Positions 1 through 7,583 of a stretch of DNA of 32,000 bases are shown here, in pieces. The notes below the pieces were generated by a model. It saw nothing but the letters and a program-made list of their open reading frames with translations. It was not told the origin of the DNA and ran no database searches. Both the position numbers and the translations under genes were made by a program. How positions within the stretch are numbered: position 1 is the first letter of the stretch; every line of letters starts with the position of its first letter. This DNA comes from Sedimentisphaera cyanobacteriorum (lineage in GTDB: Bacteria; Planctomycetota; Phycisphaerae; Sedimentisphaerales; Sedimentisphaeraceae): contig NZ_CP019633.1 of assembly GCF_001997385.1 (NCBI RefSeq), positions 90,001-122,000 on the forward strand. The letters run 5' to 3'.

Positions 1-30
1 CCCGCTAAAACATTACTGCTTTGAAGCTTG

Positions 31-702
31 CTATTTCATATTCACGACAATCTCAACACGCCTGTTTTTCTGTTTTCCTGAGGATGTAGCGTTTGAGGCC
101 ACAGGCCTGCTCTCCCCGCAGGCAACTGCACGGATCTTGGAATCCGGAATCCCCTGATCGGTGAGATACCTCAGCACAGAAAGGGCTCTCTGGGCGGAAA
201 GCTCCCAGTTGTCGTCCCAGTCTGATTTCCTGATTGGGTCTGAGTCTGTATGGCCTACAACATCAATCTCCTTGCCCGCATATTCGCTCTGTATTACCGA
301 ATATATGTGGTTAAGGTCGGCATTGCGTGTGCTTTTGAGCGAGGCCTTGCCCGGGGCGAAGAGGATCGTATTCTGCAGAGTTACTGTGATTGTGCCCTTG
401 TCGGCATCAAACTCCACATCATAATCCTCGCCGAAGCCTGTTGCATCTTCGGGCGTCTGGTTGAGGTCTTCAATCTTGGATTGCAGCTCTGCAATCTCAT
501 TTTCCTTGCTCTGAAGCTCGCTGGACAGTGAGCTTTTCGCTGCGGATGCCTCATCCAGCGAAGACATACAGTTGTCGTATCTTCCCTGAAGATTTTCATA
601 CTGCACATTCAATCCTTCATACTTCTTCTTCCAATCGGTGCAGCCTGAAAGAACCATCGCTGCAACTGCGAGCACAGATAACTTTAATAATGCTGATTTC
701 AT
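31..702 (-). CDS. OmpA/MotB-domain lipoprotein with coiled-coil linker
   Basis: 223-aa ORF. Lipoprotein-type signal peptide ending ...MVLSGC. Coiled-coil-like ELQSKENEIAELQSKIEDL. C-terminal OmpA-like peptidoglycan-binding signature GHTDS...NWELSAQRA...NRRVEIVV. Confidence 0.85.
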   Translation of the reverse strand: MKSALLKLSVLAVAAMVLSGCTDWKKKYEGLNVQYENLQGRYDNCMSSLDEASAAKSSLSSELQSKENEIAELQSKIEDLNQTPEDATGFGEDYDVEFDADKGTITVTLQNTILFAPGKASLKSTRNADLNHIYSVIQSEYAGKEIDVVGHTDSDPIRKSDWDDNWELSAQRALSVLRYLTDQGIPDSKIRAVACGESRPVASNATSSGKQKNRRVEIVVNMK

Positions 703-770
703 TTTAACTCCTGTAAAAGAAACTTTTTTTCTATTTGCCGTCCGAAGGGTTTCTCAACCGAAATCACGCT

Positions 771-1982
771 TCAGCCGGCAAACCCCATTGTATTTGAAAG
801 CCATTCAAAAACGGCTTCACGGAAAATAATAACAAAAACCGCCGCCAAAGACAAGAACGGCCCGTAAGGAATTTCCTTATTTTTTTTCGTTATAAGCTGA
901 ATCACGGTGAAGGCAAGCCCGAAAAACGGTGCCGCAAAGAAAATTATTATCGAAGGAAGCGCTCCGCAGAAAACGCCTATCGCCCCCATCAGATGAACGT
1001 CTCCAAGCCCCATTGCTTCTCTTCCGAAGGCAAGAGTGCCGAGGATTCGGGTGAGCCAGACGATCCCCGCACCTGTAAGATACCCGCCGGCTGCACCCAG
1101 AAGGCAGGATAAATGCGGGTTGGCAGCGAGATTCTGCCAGCTTTGAAGCGGGGTAAGCAGTTTCCACCCGGCCAACGCAAACAAAACTATGGGAATAAGA
1201 AATACAAATTCCTTCAAAACCTCTCTGCGGTCGTTGAAGCCCGGGTTTTCGGATATATTCTCCTGCGTCTCGGCCGGTTCTGCTTCCAGCTCGAGGCCTT
1301 CGTAGCTCGGTTTGATAATTCCCGCATCCAGCAGTATATTAGCGGCTAAAATCCCCGCGCCGCCTCCAGCGATGAGGCCGGAAAAACGCAGAGAGGAATA
1401 CGGAAAAATCTGAAACTCTGTTATTTGCCAGTAATCGATAAAAAACGGGGCTGCAGCTGCTGTGAGAAGCCCGAAGATTGCGGCGAAAATGCACAGCGAC
1501 ATAGGTATCAGATACATCTCCAGATCAATCGCTGAGGCAGCTATCAAGCAGCAGAACAAAACCGCATGCGATAAATACAGCCACCATCCGCCTGCGAAGA
1601 AATCTACGAAATTCGTTTGTGAATTCGAAAAGCTTATCGTTCCTGCGCTGAAGTAGAAGTAGTACAGAAGGGCGAGAAAGGCTGCTGTTAGAAATTCAAT
1701 AATTACGTATCTCGGCGAGATTCTCGCCCCGCAGCCGCGGCATTTGCCCCTGAGCATAAACCACGAGATCAGCGGGAGATTCTCCCTGAGCGGAATAAAC
1801 TTACCGCAGCTCGTACAGAAAGACCGCCTCTCCGAGAGAAATACCCCGCGGGGGAGCCGATGTATTACAACGTTCAGAAAACTGCCTGCGCACGCCCCGA
1901 CAACGAACATATAAAGCATTATGCCCGCTGTTACGAGCCAATCACCACATATCAATTTCCAGCTGCAGATCAATATCGGCAA
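771..1982 (-). CDS. pilD: Prepilin peptidase / N-methyltransferase (peptidase A24, PilD/GspO family)
   Basis: 403-aa polytopic membrane ORF. GSFLNVVIHRLP motif, CxxC...CxxC zinc motif (CTSCGK...CRGCGARISPRY) and catalytic-Asp motif GLGDVHLMGAIG. The true start may be the internal Met at about 1919, which would remove the 41-nt overlap with murB. Confidence 0.85.
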   Translation of the reverse strand: MPILICSWKLICGDWLVTAGIMLYMFVVGACAGSFLNVVIHRLPRGVFLSERRSFCTSCGKFIPLRENLPLISWFMLRGKCRGCGARISPRYVIIEFLTAAFLALLYYFYFSAGTISFSNSQTNFVDFFAGGWWLYLSHAVLFCCLIAASAIDLEMYLIPMSLCIFAAIFGLLTAAAAPFFIDYWQITEFQIFPYSSLRFSGLIAGGGAGILAANILLDAGIIKPSYEGLELEAEPAETQENISENPGFNDRREVLKEFVFLIPIVLFALAGWKLLTPLQSWQNLAANPHLSCLLGAAGGYLTGAGIVWLTRILGTLAFGREAMGLGDVHLMGAIGVFCGALPSIIIFFAAPFFGLAFTVIQLITKKNKEIPYGPFLSLAAVFVIIFREAVFEWLSNTMGFAG

Positions 1983-2814
1983 GCTCCCGAACCTTTTCCC
2001 TGATTTTTTCGATAAGCCCGATGATATCCGAGCTTGTGCAGCCTTCTTCTGCGATGATTATATTGCAGTGTTTCTCGCTGAGCTTGGCTTTTCCGTTTTC
2101 TGCTCCCTTAAGCCCGCAGCTCTCTATAATCTCGCCTGCCGAGCGGCCTGATACATTCCTGAAAACGCAGCCTGCTGTCCGGCGGTTTACAGGCTGATGA
2201 TTCTTCTTGTAGATCCATATCTCCTGCACCCGTTTGAGCAGCATTTCCGAATCGGCAGGGGTAAGCGAGAGCTCCACAGAGGTGATAATTGATTCGTATA
2301 TGTTGTTCTGCCTGTATGAGAATACAAGTTCCGGCTTGTGTTTACTGAAGGTGCTGCCCTGCATATCTATAAGCTCTACAGATTCAACAGATGTCCCGAT
2401 CTCTCCGAAACGCCCTCCTGCGTTCATCTTCACTGCGCCCCCGAGACTCCCCGGGATGCCTGTGAGCGATTCAAGACCCGCAAGACCTTCACGAACCGAT
2501 TCAAGAACCAGCTTGCCCAGATTAACCCCGCTGCCTGCGATGATTGCACCGCCGCGGAATTCGAACTTGCTGAAATCTCCCTCAAGCTTTACTACAAGCC
2601 CCTTTACGCCCTCTTCCCGAACCAGAACATTCGAGCCCTGTCCGAGGACTTTTATATCCAGATTTTGCTGACTTGCCCTTGTTATCGCCCTGCGAAGCTC
2701 ATTGATATTTTGAACCGGAGCGAAATATTCGGCATTCCCGCCCACGCCGTACCAAGTATGGCCGGCGAGCGGATAGTTTTCCTTCACGAAATCCAAATCA
2801 GAAAATAGGCTCAT
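1942..2814 (-). CDS. murB: UDP-N-acetylenolpyruvoylglucosamine reductase
   Basis: 290-aa ORF with MurB-like FAD-binding N-terminus (HTWYGVGGNAEYF..., LGQGSNVLV) and the C-terminal MurB domain pattern (AGCVFRN..., LSEKHCNIII). Confidence 0.9.
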   Translation of the reverse strand: MSLFSDLDFVKENYPLAGHTWYGVGGNAEYFAPVQNINELRRAITRASQQNLDIKVLGQGSNVLVREEGVKGLVVKLEGDFSKFEFRGGAIIAGSGVNLGKLVLESVREGLAGLESLTGIPGSLGGAVKMNAGGRFGEIGTSVESVELIDMQGSTFSKHKPELVFSYRQNNIYESIITSVELSLTPADSEMLLKRVQEIWIYKKNHQPVNRRTAGCVFRNVSGRSAGEIIESCGLKGAENGKAKLSEKHCNIIIAEEGCTSSDIIGLIEKIREKVRELADIDLQLEIDMW

Positions 2815-3059
2815 TTTTTCCTTTCGATGCGATAAGTGTTCATATCGAAGCCGGCTGATTTCAGCGCCGGCCTATACTATAGAAGAGTAAGTTTTTCGGG
2901 CTTTCAGTCAAGCAAAATCGATTAGTGCAGTGCCTCGGTGCAGCAATACTCCTTGGCAGGCCCCCTCTGCAAGAGGACAGCTGATTGACATTCTACTAAA
3001 GCACTATCGATTGCGATATGATTTGGTTTAAGCTGCGCGGGATTTGGTTTTAAAATACA

Positions 3060-3140
3060 TGGGATTGGTTTAAACCGCGAAAGGCGCGAAGATTTTTTGT
3101 AAATTGTTTTACAGCAAGCTCTTACATTCTTAAAAATATG
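3060..3140 (+). repeat. Mosaic intergenic repeat (family B), middle module only
   Basis: tttaaaccgcgaaaggcgcgaag...ttgtaaattgttttacagcaagctcttacattc aligns with 10389..10462 and about 17147..17216. Confidence 0.7.
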
Positions 3141-3156
3141 TGCGCTGTTTAACATT

Positions 3157-3282
3157 CCCCGTACTACAGCGGAGTTCGCCGTGGCGGACCCGCTAGGCAT
3201 TCTTTTAGAAAAGATTTTTCCGCTTACCGCCGGCTCTTCACGTTTCGCTATCCTAGCGGGGAGCTTGCGCTCCTCCGCTGTA
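3157..3282 (+). repeat. Nested-hairpin dispersed repeat (family A), full copy
   Basis: About 96% identical to the reverse complement of 12356..12480. Terminal inverted repeats tacagcggag (3165..3174) / ctccgctgta (3273..3282). Inner inverted pair cccgctagg (3189..3197) / cctagcggg (3252..3260). Confidence 0.85.
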
Positions 3283-3377
3283 TGCCGCCGGCTTATTGCG
3301 TTGCGGGATGATTTTTTATATTACAGCGGTGCGGCACAAGCCGCCCGCTAAGCCGACACAACGAATAGACTCTTCAT

Positions 3378-3440
3378 ATTACAGCGGTGTTCGCCGTGGC
3401 GGACCCGCCAGGCATTCTTTTAGAAAAGATTTTTCGCTTA
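3378..3440 (+). repeat. Family A repeat, left-half partial copy
   Basis: attacagcggtgttcgccgtggcggacccgccaggcattcttttagaaaagatttttcgctta matches the left half of 3157..3282. It is truncated just before the heptamer array. Confidence 0.75.
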
Positions 3441-3447
3441 TGATTTT

Positions 3448-3510
3448 GCCACTCGCCACTCGCCACTCGCCACTCGCCGCTCGCCACTCGCCACTCGCCA
3501 CTCGCCACTA
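3448..3510 (+). repeat. Heptanucleotide tandem repeat (ACTCGCC) x8, one variant unit GCTCGCC
   Basis: Read directly: gcc actcgcc actcgcc actcgcc actcgcc gctcgcc actcgcc actcgcc actcgcc acta. It sits where the other family B copies carry the gccactgagcagc module. Confidence 0.95.
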
Positions 3511-3584
3511 ATCTTCACTAATTCCAATAAAATATCGTTTTTTCGTGGTATAATCCAAATAAAATCTGTGTCATCTGCGTCATC

Positions 3585-3593
3585 TGTGGATAA
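3585..3593 (-). promoter_or_regulatory. Perfect DnaA-box consensus (TTATCCACA on minus strand) inside the family B repeat
   Basis: The plus strand reads TGTGGATAA. The match is exact but function is unproven. Confidence 0.3.
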
Positions 3594-3771
3594 AAAATAA
3601 ATTGAAACCATATCCTCTTCGTGTTTTTCGTGCCTTTCATGGTAAAAAAACACAAAATCTGCGCAATAAAATCCTTCGCTGCGGATTAAATATACGGATT
3701 TGATGTTTGAGTTTTTTTTCGCCCCGAACAAAAAACAGTATAAATTTAACTCCCTTCTGACATTAACCCTA

Positions 3772-3799
3772 TTGACATATAACTTTCAAAAGCTATAAG
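3772..3799 (+). promoter_or_regulatory. Sigma70-like promoter for the glycoside hydrolase gene
   Basis: TTGACA (3772..3777), 16-nt spacer, TATAAG (3794..3799). The predicted TSS near 3806 favours the ATG at 3846 over the ORF-track start at 3804. Confidence 0.45.
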
Positions 3800-3845
3800 T
3801 TTTATGTGCGTTTTGCGAATTTATATTAGTTTTATTGAGTTTAAA

Positions 3846-5279
3846 ATGGCTATTGTAAGGTTTTTAACTGTTTTAACGGCTTTCTCGCTTGCCGCAGACT
3901 CAGCGGTTGCGGAAAGTGTATCCCTGAAGGTAAGCCCCGAGGTCAAACAGGGGCAGATCAGCAAAGAGCTGATGGGTTTCAATGCGATATACTGCTGGAA
4001 TCCGAAGGATTTCTGGTATTACGGGAACAACATTGAGCTCTTCGAAGATCTCAATACCGGCGTTCTCCGATACCCTGGAGGCGAGGTAAGCGATTACTTC
4101 CACTGGAAGCTTCCAACCTATGACGGCTGGCATGATGCATGGAAAAACAATCCCGATTTAGACCCCGAACTCGCCCCCGAGAACGACAACTACCTCACTG
4201 TTGATGATTATATCGAGCTTTGCGAAAAGATAGGCTGCGAGAAGATGGTGGGCGTGAATATCGATTCCGGACTGGTTTTCAATCGAAATGCTGATTCTCT
4301 CCGCGAGGCGATGGAGTTCGTGCGATACTGCAAGGAAAACGATTACGGCGTTAAATACTGGTATATCGGCAATGAGCCCTATCACGAGAGCTCGCGGATT
4401 TCAATTTCTGCAGAGCAGTATGCAAGGATAGTAAAGAATTTTGCCTCCCGAATGAAACGCATAGACCCTGATATTCAGATTATCATCAACTGGCAGAAAG
4501 GCGTTTTCAAAAACTCCGGCTGGAATCATATCAAAAAAATCATTGAACACTCCGGCGAGCTTGTGGATGTTGTGGACGTGCATTGGTACTGGAACTGGGG
4601 CAAGGCGAGCTGGAAGAGCTGGCTTTCACAGAAGCCGATGAGTCAGAAAAATGAGTGGCATCCGAATGCCCCGTCCTACGAGAAAACTATAGAAATCTTC
4701 CGCAAGAGAGCAAAGACTCTGGGCAGAGACATTAAATTCTCTTCTCTGGAATGGAACGTAGGCCCTAAAGACAAAGGTGAGGACCTAACTGCAAGGCAAT
4801 GCTGCCTGATGCAGGCAGAGATTATGATGCAGTTCATAAACGGCGGGCTCGATATCGCATGCATGTGGCCTATAGACACCCCTAACAGACCGAACGCCAG
4901 GTTTAGCGGGAGGAATCTTTTCGAAGGCAAAGATAATCCCCAGCCCGTGTACTACGTTTTCAGGCTTTTGTCTAATGTTATGGGCAAAACGCTGATTGAA
5001 TCAGAGCCTGAAGATTTTACGCTCCCCTCAGCAGCAGCGATGGATGAGGCCAGCGGGAAGATTTACGTTTTTACCCTCAATAAATCAGAGCTTGAAAGAC
5101 AGGCTGAAATTGAGATTGAAGGGGCGGGAAACCTGGAGGTTTCCGCAAAAATTGCAGCACCTCTTGAAACAGAAAATGATAATATTATTTCACCTTTGAA
5201 AATATCTTCTGCAAAAGAAGGCACAATTAAGGCGGTAATGAAACCGTACAGCTTCGCAATGTTTGAAATTCTCAGGTGA
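3846..5279 (+). CDS. Secreted clan GH-A (beta/alpha)8 glycoside hydrolase, family unresolved (GH51/GH79/GH39-like motifs)
   Basis: The ORF-track frame is 3804..5279. The Met at 3846 gives a signal peptide MAIVRFLTVLTAFSLAADSAVA. LRYPGGEVSDYFHW and YWYIGNEPY (NEP acid/base motif), SSLEWNV (candidate nucleophile), and a C-terminal beta-sandwich-like tail. Confidence 0.75.
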   Translation: MAIVRFLTVLTAFSLAADSAVAESVSLKVSPEVKQGQISKELMGFNAIYCWNPKDFWYYGNNIELFEDLNTGVLRYPGGEVSDYFHWKLPTYDGWHDAWKNNPDLDPELAPENDNYLTVDDYIELCEKIGCEKMVGVNIDSGLVFNRNADSLREAMEFVRYCKENDYGVKYWYIGNEPYHESSRISISAEQYARIVKNFASRMKRIDPDIQIIINWQKGVFKNSGWNHIKKIIEHSGELVDVVDVHWYWNWGKASWKSWLSQKPMSQKNEWHPNAPSYEKTIEIFRKRAKTLGRDIKFSSLEWNVGPKDKGEDLTARQCCLMQAEIMMQFINGGLDIACMWPIDTPNRPNARFSGRNLFEGKDNPQPVYYVFRLLSNVMGKTLIESEPEDFTLPSAAAMDEASGKIYVFTLNKSELERQAEIEIEGAGNLEVSAKIAAPLETENDNIISPLKISSAKEGTIKAVMKPYSFAMFEILR

Positions 5280-6466
5280 AAGCTTTGCTTAATCGCCGAT
5301 CAATACTTTTAGTAATAGACAGGACAAAAAGCAACGGCCGAGAGCTGCTCAAGGGAATAAGCAGCTACGGCAGGATGGTAAAAAATCTCAACTTCAAGAT
5401 TATCGATGCCGAAATCGCCACCGAGCTGAAGAGAGATGCTTTTGTTGAATATGTCTCTCAGTCCGCTGAGGGAGTGAGCGGGATAATTATGGTGGAATCT
5501 GTTTATCTCGATTCGCTTCCTGATTTTGGAGTGCCTGTAATTCTCGCTTCCGCCTCGAGAACCTTTGCCAAAGGCGATTATTTAATCCAGGTAAACAATC
5601 AGGCGGTAGCAAAAGAAGCCTTCAAACACCTCACAAGCTACGGACATTCATTCTTCGGATACGTTGGCCTGAAAGGTTTCGACTGGTGCAAAGCGAGGTT
5701 TGAATTTTTCAGCGAGGAGGTTGAAAATCAGGGTAAGATGCTCAGGAGCTTCTTTTACGAACCTGCCGGCAAATACACAATGAAAGAGCCTTTCCGCCCG
5801 GGTTTGGAAGAATGGCTCATTTCCATACCAAAGCCGGTAGGCATTTTTACCGCAAGCGATTTATCAGGCAAACACGTTATAGAGGCGTGCAGGCGTCTTG
5901 ATATCAAAGTTCCCGATGAAGTTTCGGTGCTCGGCGTGGATAACGATGATTTGATTTGCGACTTTATGAACCCCACCCTCTCAAGCGTTAATCTAAAAAC
6001 CCGAGACGGCGGGTTTGAGGCCGCCAGACTCCTCGGCAAATTAATGAACGGCGAGAAATGCCCCCCGCAGACAATCATCATAGACCCGGGCAAAATAGCC
6101 GTAAGACAGTCAACAGACTTTATCGCTGTGCGCGAGGAAAACGTGGCTAAGGCGCTTCGATTTATTAGAGACAATGTTCTGCTGCCAATACAAACCGAAG
6201 ATGTATGCGAGGCAGTATGCTGCTCGAGGCAGTTTCTATACAACAAATTCAAAAGGCACCTGAGATGCTCTGTACACGATTATATCAGAAGATGCAGGAT
6301 CAGAAAGATATGCGAGCTGCTTATTGAAACAAATCTCACCATTTCTGAAATCTCATACAAAATGCACTTCCCAGACCCTGACCATGTTTCGAGGTATTTC
6401 AAAAAGCAGAAGGGAATTTCACCAACACAGTACCGCAAAAATCTGCGTTCCGAAAGAACCGGGTAG
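5276..6466 (+). CDS. XylR-type transcriptional regulator (periplasmic-binding-protein-like sugar sensor domain plus AraC HTH)
   Basis: 396-aa ORF. LacI/PBP-like N-terminal part (VPDEVSVLGVDNDDLIC). C-terminal AraC-type HTH (LTISEISYKMHFPDPDHVSRYFKKQKGISPTQYR). The GTG start overlaps the upstream TGA stop as GTGA. Confidence 0.85.
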   Translation: MKALLNRRSILLVIDRTKSNGRELLKGISSYGRMVKNLNFKIIDAEIATELKRDAFVEYVSQSAEGVSGIIMVESVYLDSLPDFGVPVILASASRTFAKGDYLIQVNNQAVAKEAFKHLTSYGHSFFGYVGLKGFDWCKARFEFFSEEVENQGKMLRSFFYEPAGKYTMKEPFRPGLEEWLISIPKPVGIFTASDLSGKHVIEACRRLDIKVPDEVSVLGVDNDDLICDFMNPTLSSVNLKTRDGGFEAARLLGKLMNGEKCPPQTIIIDPGKIAVRQSTDFIAVREENVAKALRFIRDNVLLPIQTEDVCEAVCCSRQFLYNKFKRHLRCSVHDYIRRCRIRKICELLIETNLTISEISYKMHFPDPDHVSRYFKKQKGISPTQYRKNLRSERTG

Positions 6467-6493
6467 TTTACAAATCGGTGGGAAATTTGTGAA
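6467..6493 (+). promoter_or_regulatory. Imperfect inverted repeat TTTACAAAT-N9-ATTTGTGAA (candidate operator) at the 5' edge of the duplicated leader
   Basis: 9-bp arms with one mismatch. The core ACAAAT (6470..6475) / ATTTGT (6485..6490) is perfect. An identical copy lies at 7447..7473. Confidence 0.35.
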
Positions 6494-6512
6494 TTTTGGC
6501 GGTGTTTTTGCC

Positions 6513-6541
6513 TTGGGATTTGCTTTGCAAGGCTGTACAAT
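6513..6541 (+). promoter_or_regulatory. Sigma70-like promoter inside the duplicated leader
   Basis: TTGGGA (6513..6518), 17-nt spacer, TACAAT (6536..6541). An identical copy lies at 7493..7521. The promoter consensus for this lineage is uncertain. Confidence 0.35.
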
Positions 6542-6594
6542 CAAATCTGTAGTGATATTAATGTTTAATTTTTTAGTTTAATCGGAGGCGTACT

Positions 6595-7380
6595 ATGAAA
6601 AAAATAGTATTTATTTTAATGCTGGTTTCGATTTTTGCAGCAGGAAAAGCGTTGGCGCTTGATTATTACTGGAGCGGAGCAGACCCAGACGACGATCTGA
6701 TCAGCAATCCAGACAATTATTGGGGCTCTGAACCTGCGCCGGGACAGGATGACTTGGTTTTTATTGGAAGACCAGGTTTTTATGCTGTTTGCGATGAAAC
6801 AGTTACAGATTTTGAAGTAAAAGAATTTACTATTGCCAAAGAAAATAACGGTTTGTGTCAGCTTGACATGTCAGGCGGCTCTATTTCTGTAACTGACATG
6901 TTCTTTATTGCAAAACAAAATAATAACGGTGTTGAAGGTGTTCTTAATATGAGCGGCGGAACGATTTCCACCGGAAGCTGGTTTAACATCGGAACCATGA
7001 AGAAAGGCACTGTGAATATGACAGGCGGGCTGATTGATGTTGGCACAAAGCTTGCGATGGGTATGTACGGCGACGGGTCAGCCGTTCTCAATCTCGACGG
7101 CGGGACAGTTAGTGCCGAGCAGATTGATATAATAGGCCAAAGCGCAACAGAGCCTACAAAGATTAATATATCTTATGGGACTCTAAAACTTAAAGGCGAT
7201 CAAGTATCGGATGTTTTAAGCTTTGTCAGTGCAGGAAAAATAGTTTCCACTACTTCCTATGATGTAACTGCAAGCTATGATTCCAATTTAGATCAGACAC
7301 TTGTAACTGCTCCGGAACCTGCAACTCTCGCATTTCTTTCTGCTGGTCTTTTTGCTTTCAGGAAGAAACGCAGAGCTTAA
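6595..7380 (+). CDS. Secreted beta-helix-like repeat protein with PEP-CTERM sorting tail
   Basis: 261-aa ORF. Signal peptide MKKIVFILMLVSIFAAGKALA. Repeated xSGGxI/V units about 24 aa apart. C-terminus PEPATLAFLSAGLFAFRKKRRA is a PEP motif plus a hydrophobic helix plus a basic tail. Confidence 0.85.
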   Translation: MKKIVFILMLVSIFAAGKALALDYYWSGADPDDDLISNPDNYWGSEPAPGQDDLVFIGRPGFYAVCDETVTDFEVKEFTIAKENNGLCQLDMSGGSISVTDMFFIAKQNNNGVEGVLNMSGGTISTGSWFNIGTMKKGTVNMTGGLIDVGTKLAMGMYGDGSAVLNLDGGTVSAEQIDIIGQSATEPTKINISYGTLKLKGDQVSDVLSFVSAGKIVSTTSYDVTASYDSNLDQTLVTAPEPATLAFLSAGLFAFRKKRRA

Positions 7381-7444
7381 TTTGATTTTGCTTTACTAAG
7401 CCGGCCTGCACAGAGCTAGTTCAGTTTGTATAGGGCAAGAGCTG

Positions 7445-7583
7445 AGTTTACAAATCGGTGGGAAATTTGTGAATTTTGGCGGTGTTTTTGCCTTGGGATT
7501 TGCTTTGCAAGGCTGTACAATCAAATCTGTAGTGATATTAATGTTTAATTTTTTAGTTTAATCGGAGGCGTACTATGAAAAAA
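7445..7583 (+). repeat. 139-bp leader/promoter segment, copy 2
   Basis: 100% identical to 6465..6603. Confidence 0.95.

Larger units (their letters stand above)
3441..3656 (+). repeat. Mosaic intergenic repeat (family B), copy lacking the middle module and containing the heptamer array
   Basis: actaatcttcactaattcc, cgtggtataatcc, aaataaaatctgtgtcatctgcgtcatctgtggataaaaaat and accatatcctcttcgtgtttttcgtg...aaacacaa are collinear with modules of 10248..10510 and 17032..17296. Confidence 0.7.
6465..6603 (+). repeat. 139-bp leader/promoter segment, copy 1 (100% identical to 7445..7583)
   Basis: Base-by-base comparison at an offset of 980 bp. Identity runs from agtttacaaatcgg through the RBS GGAGG (6584..6588) and the first three codons atgaaaaaa. 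The first mismatch is at 6604/7584. Confidence 0.95.

Noticed and set aside
3448-3510. Tandem repeats as a possible CRISPR array
   Set aside because: The unit is 7 bp with no spacers, and there are no cas genes. It is a microsatellite, not CRISPR.
3296-3731. ORFs 3296..3511 (+) and 3438..3731 (-) with reiterated peptides (ATRHSPLAARHSPLATRH / GEWRVASGERRVASGEWRVA)
   Set aside because: The repetitive peptides are just translations of the 7-bp tandem array, which cycles through all three frames. The rest of each ORF lies in dispersed repeat DNA, and there is no RBS or domain signal.
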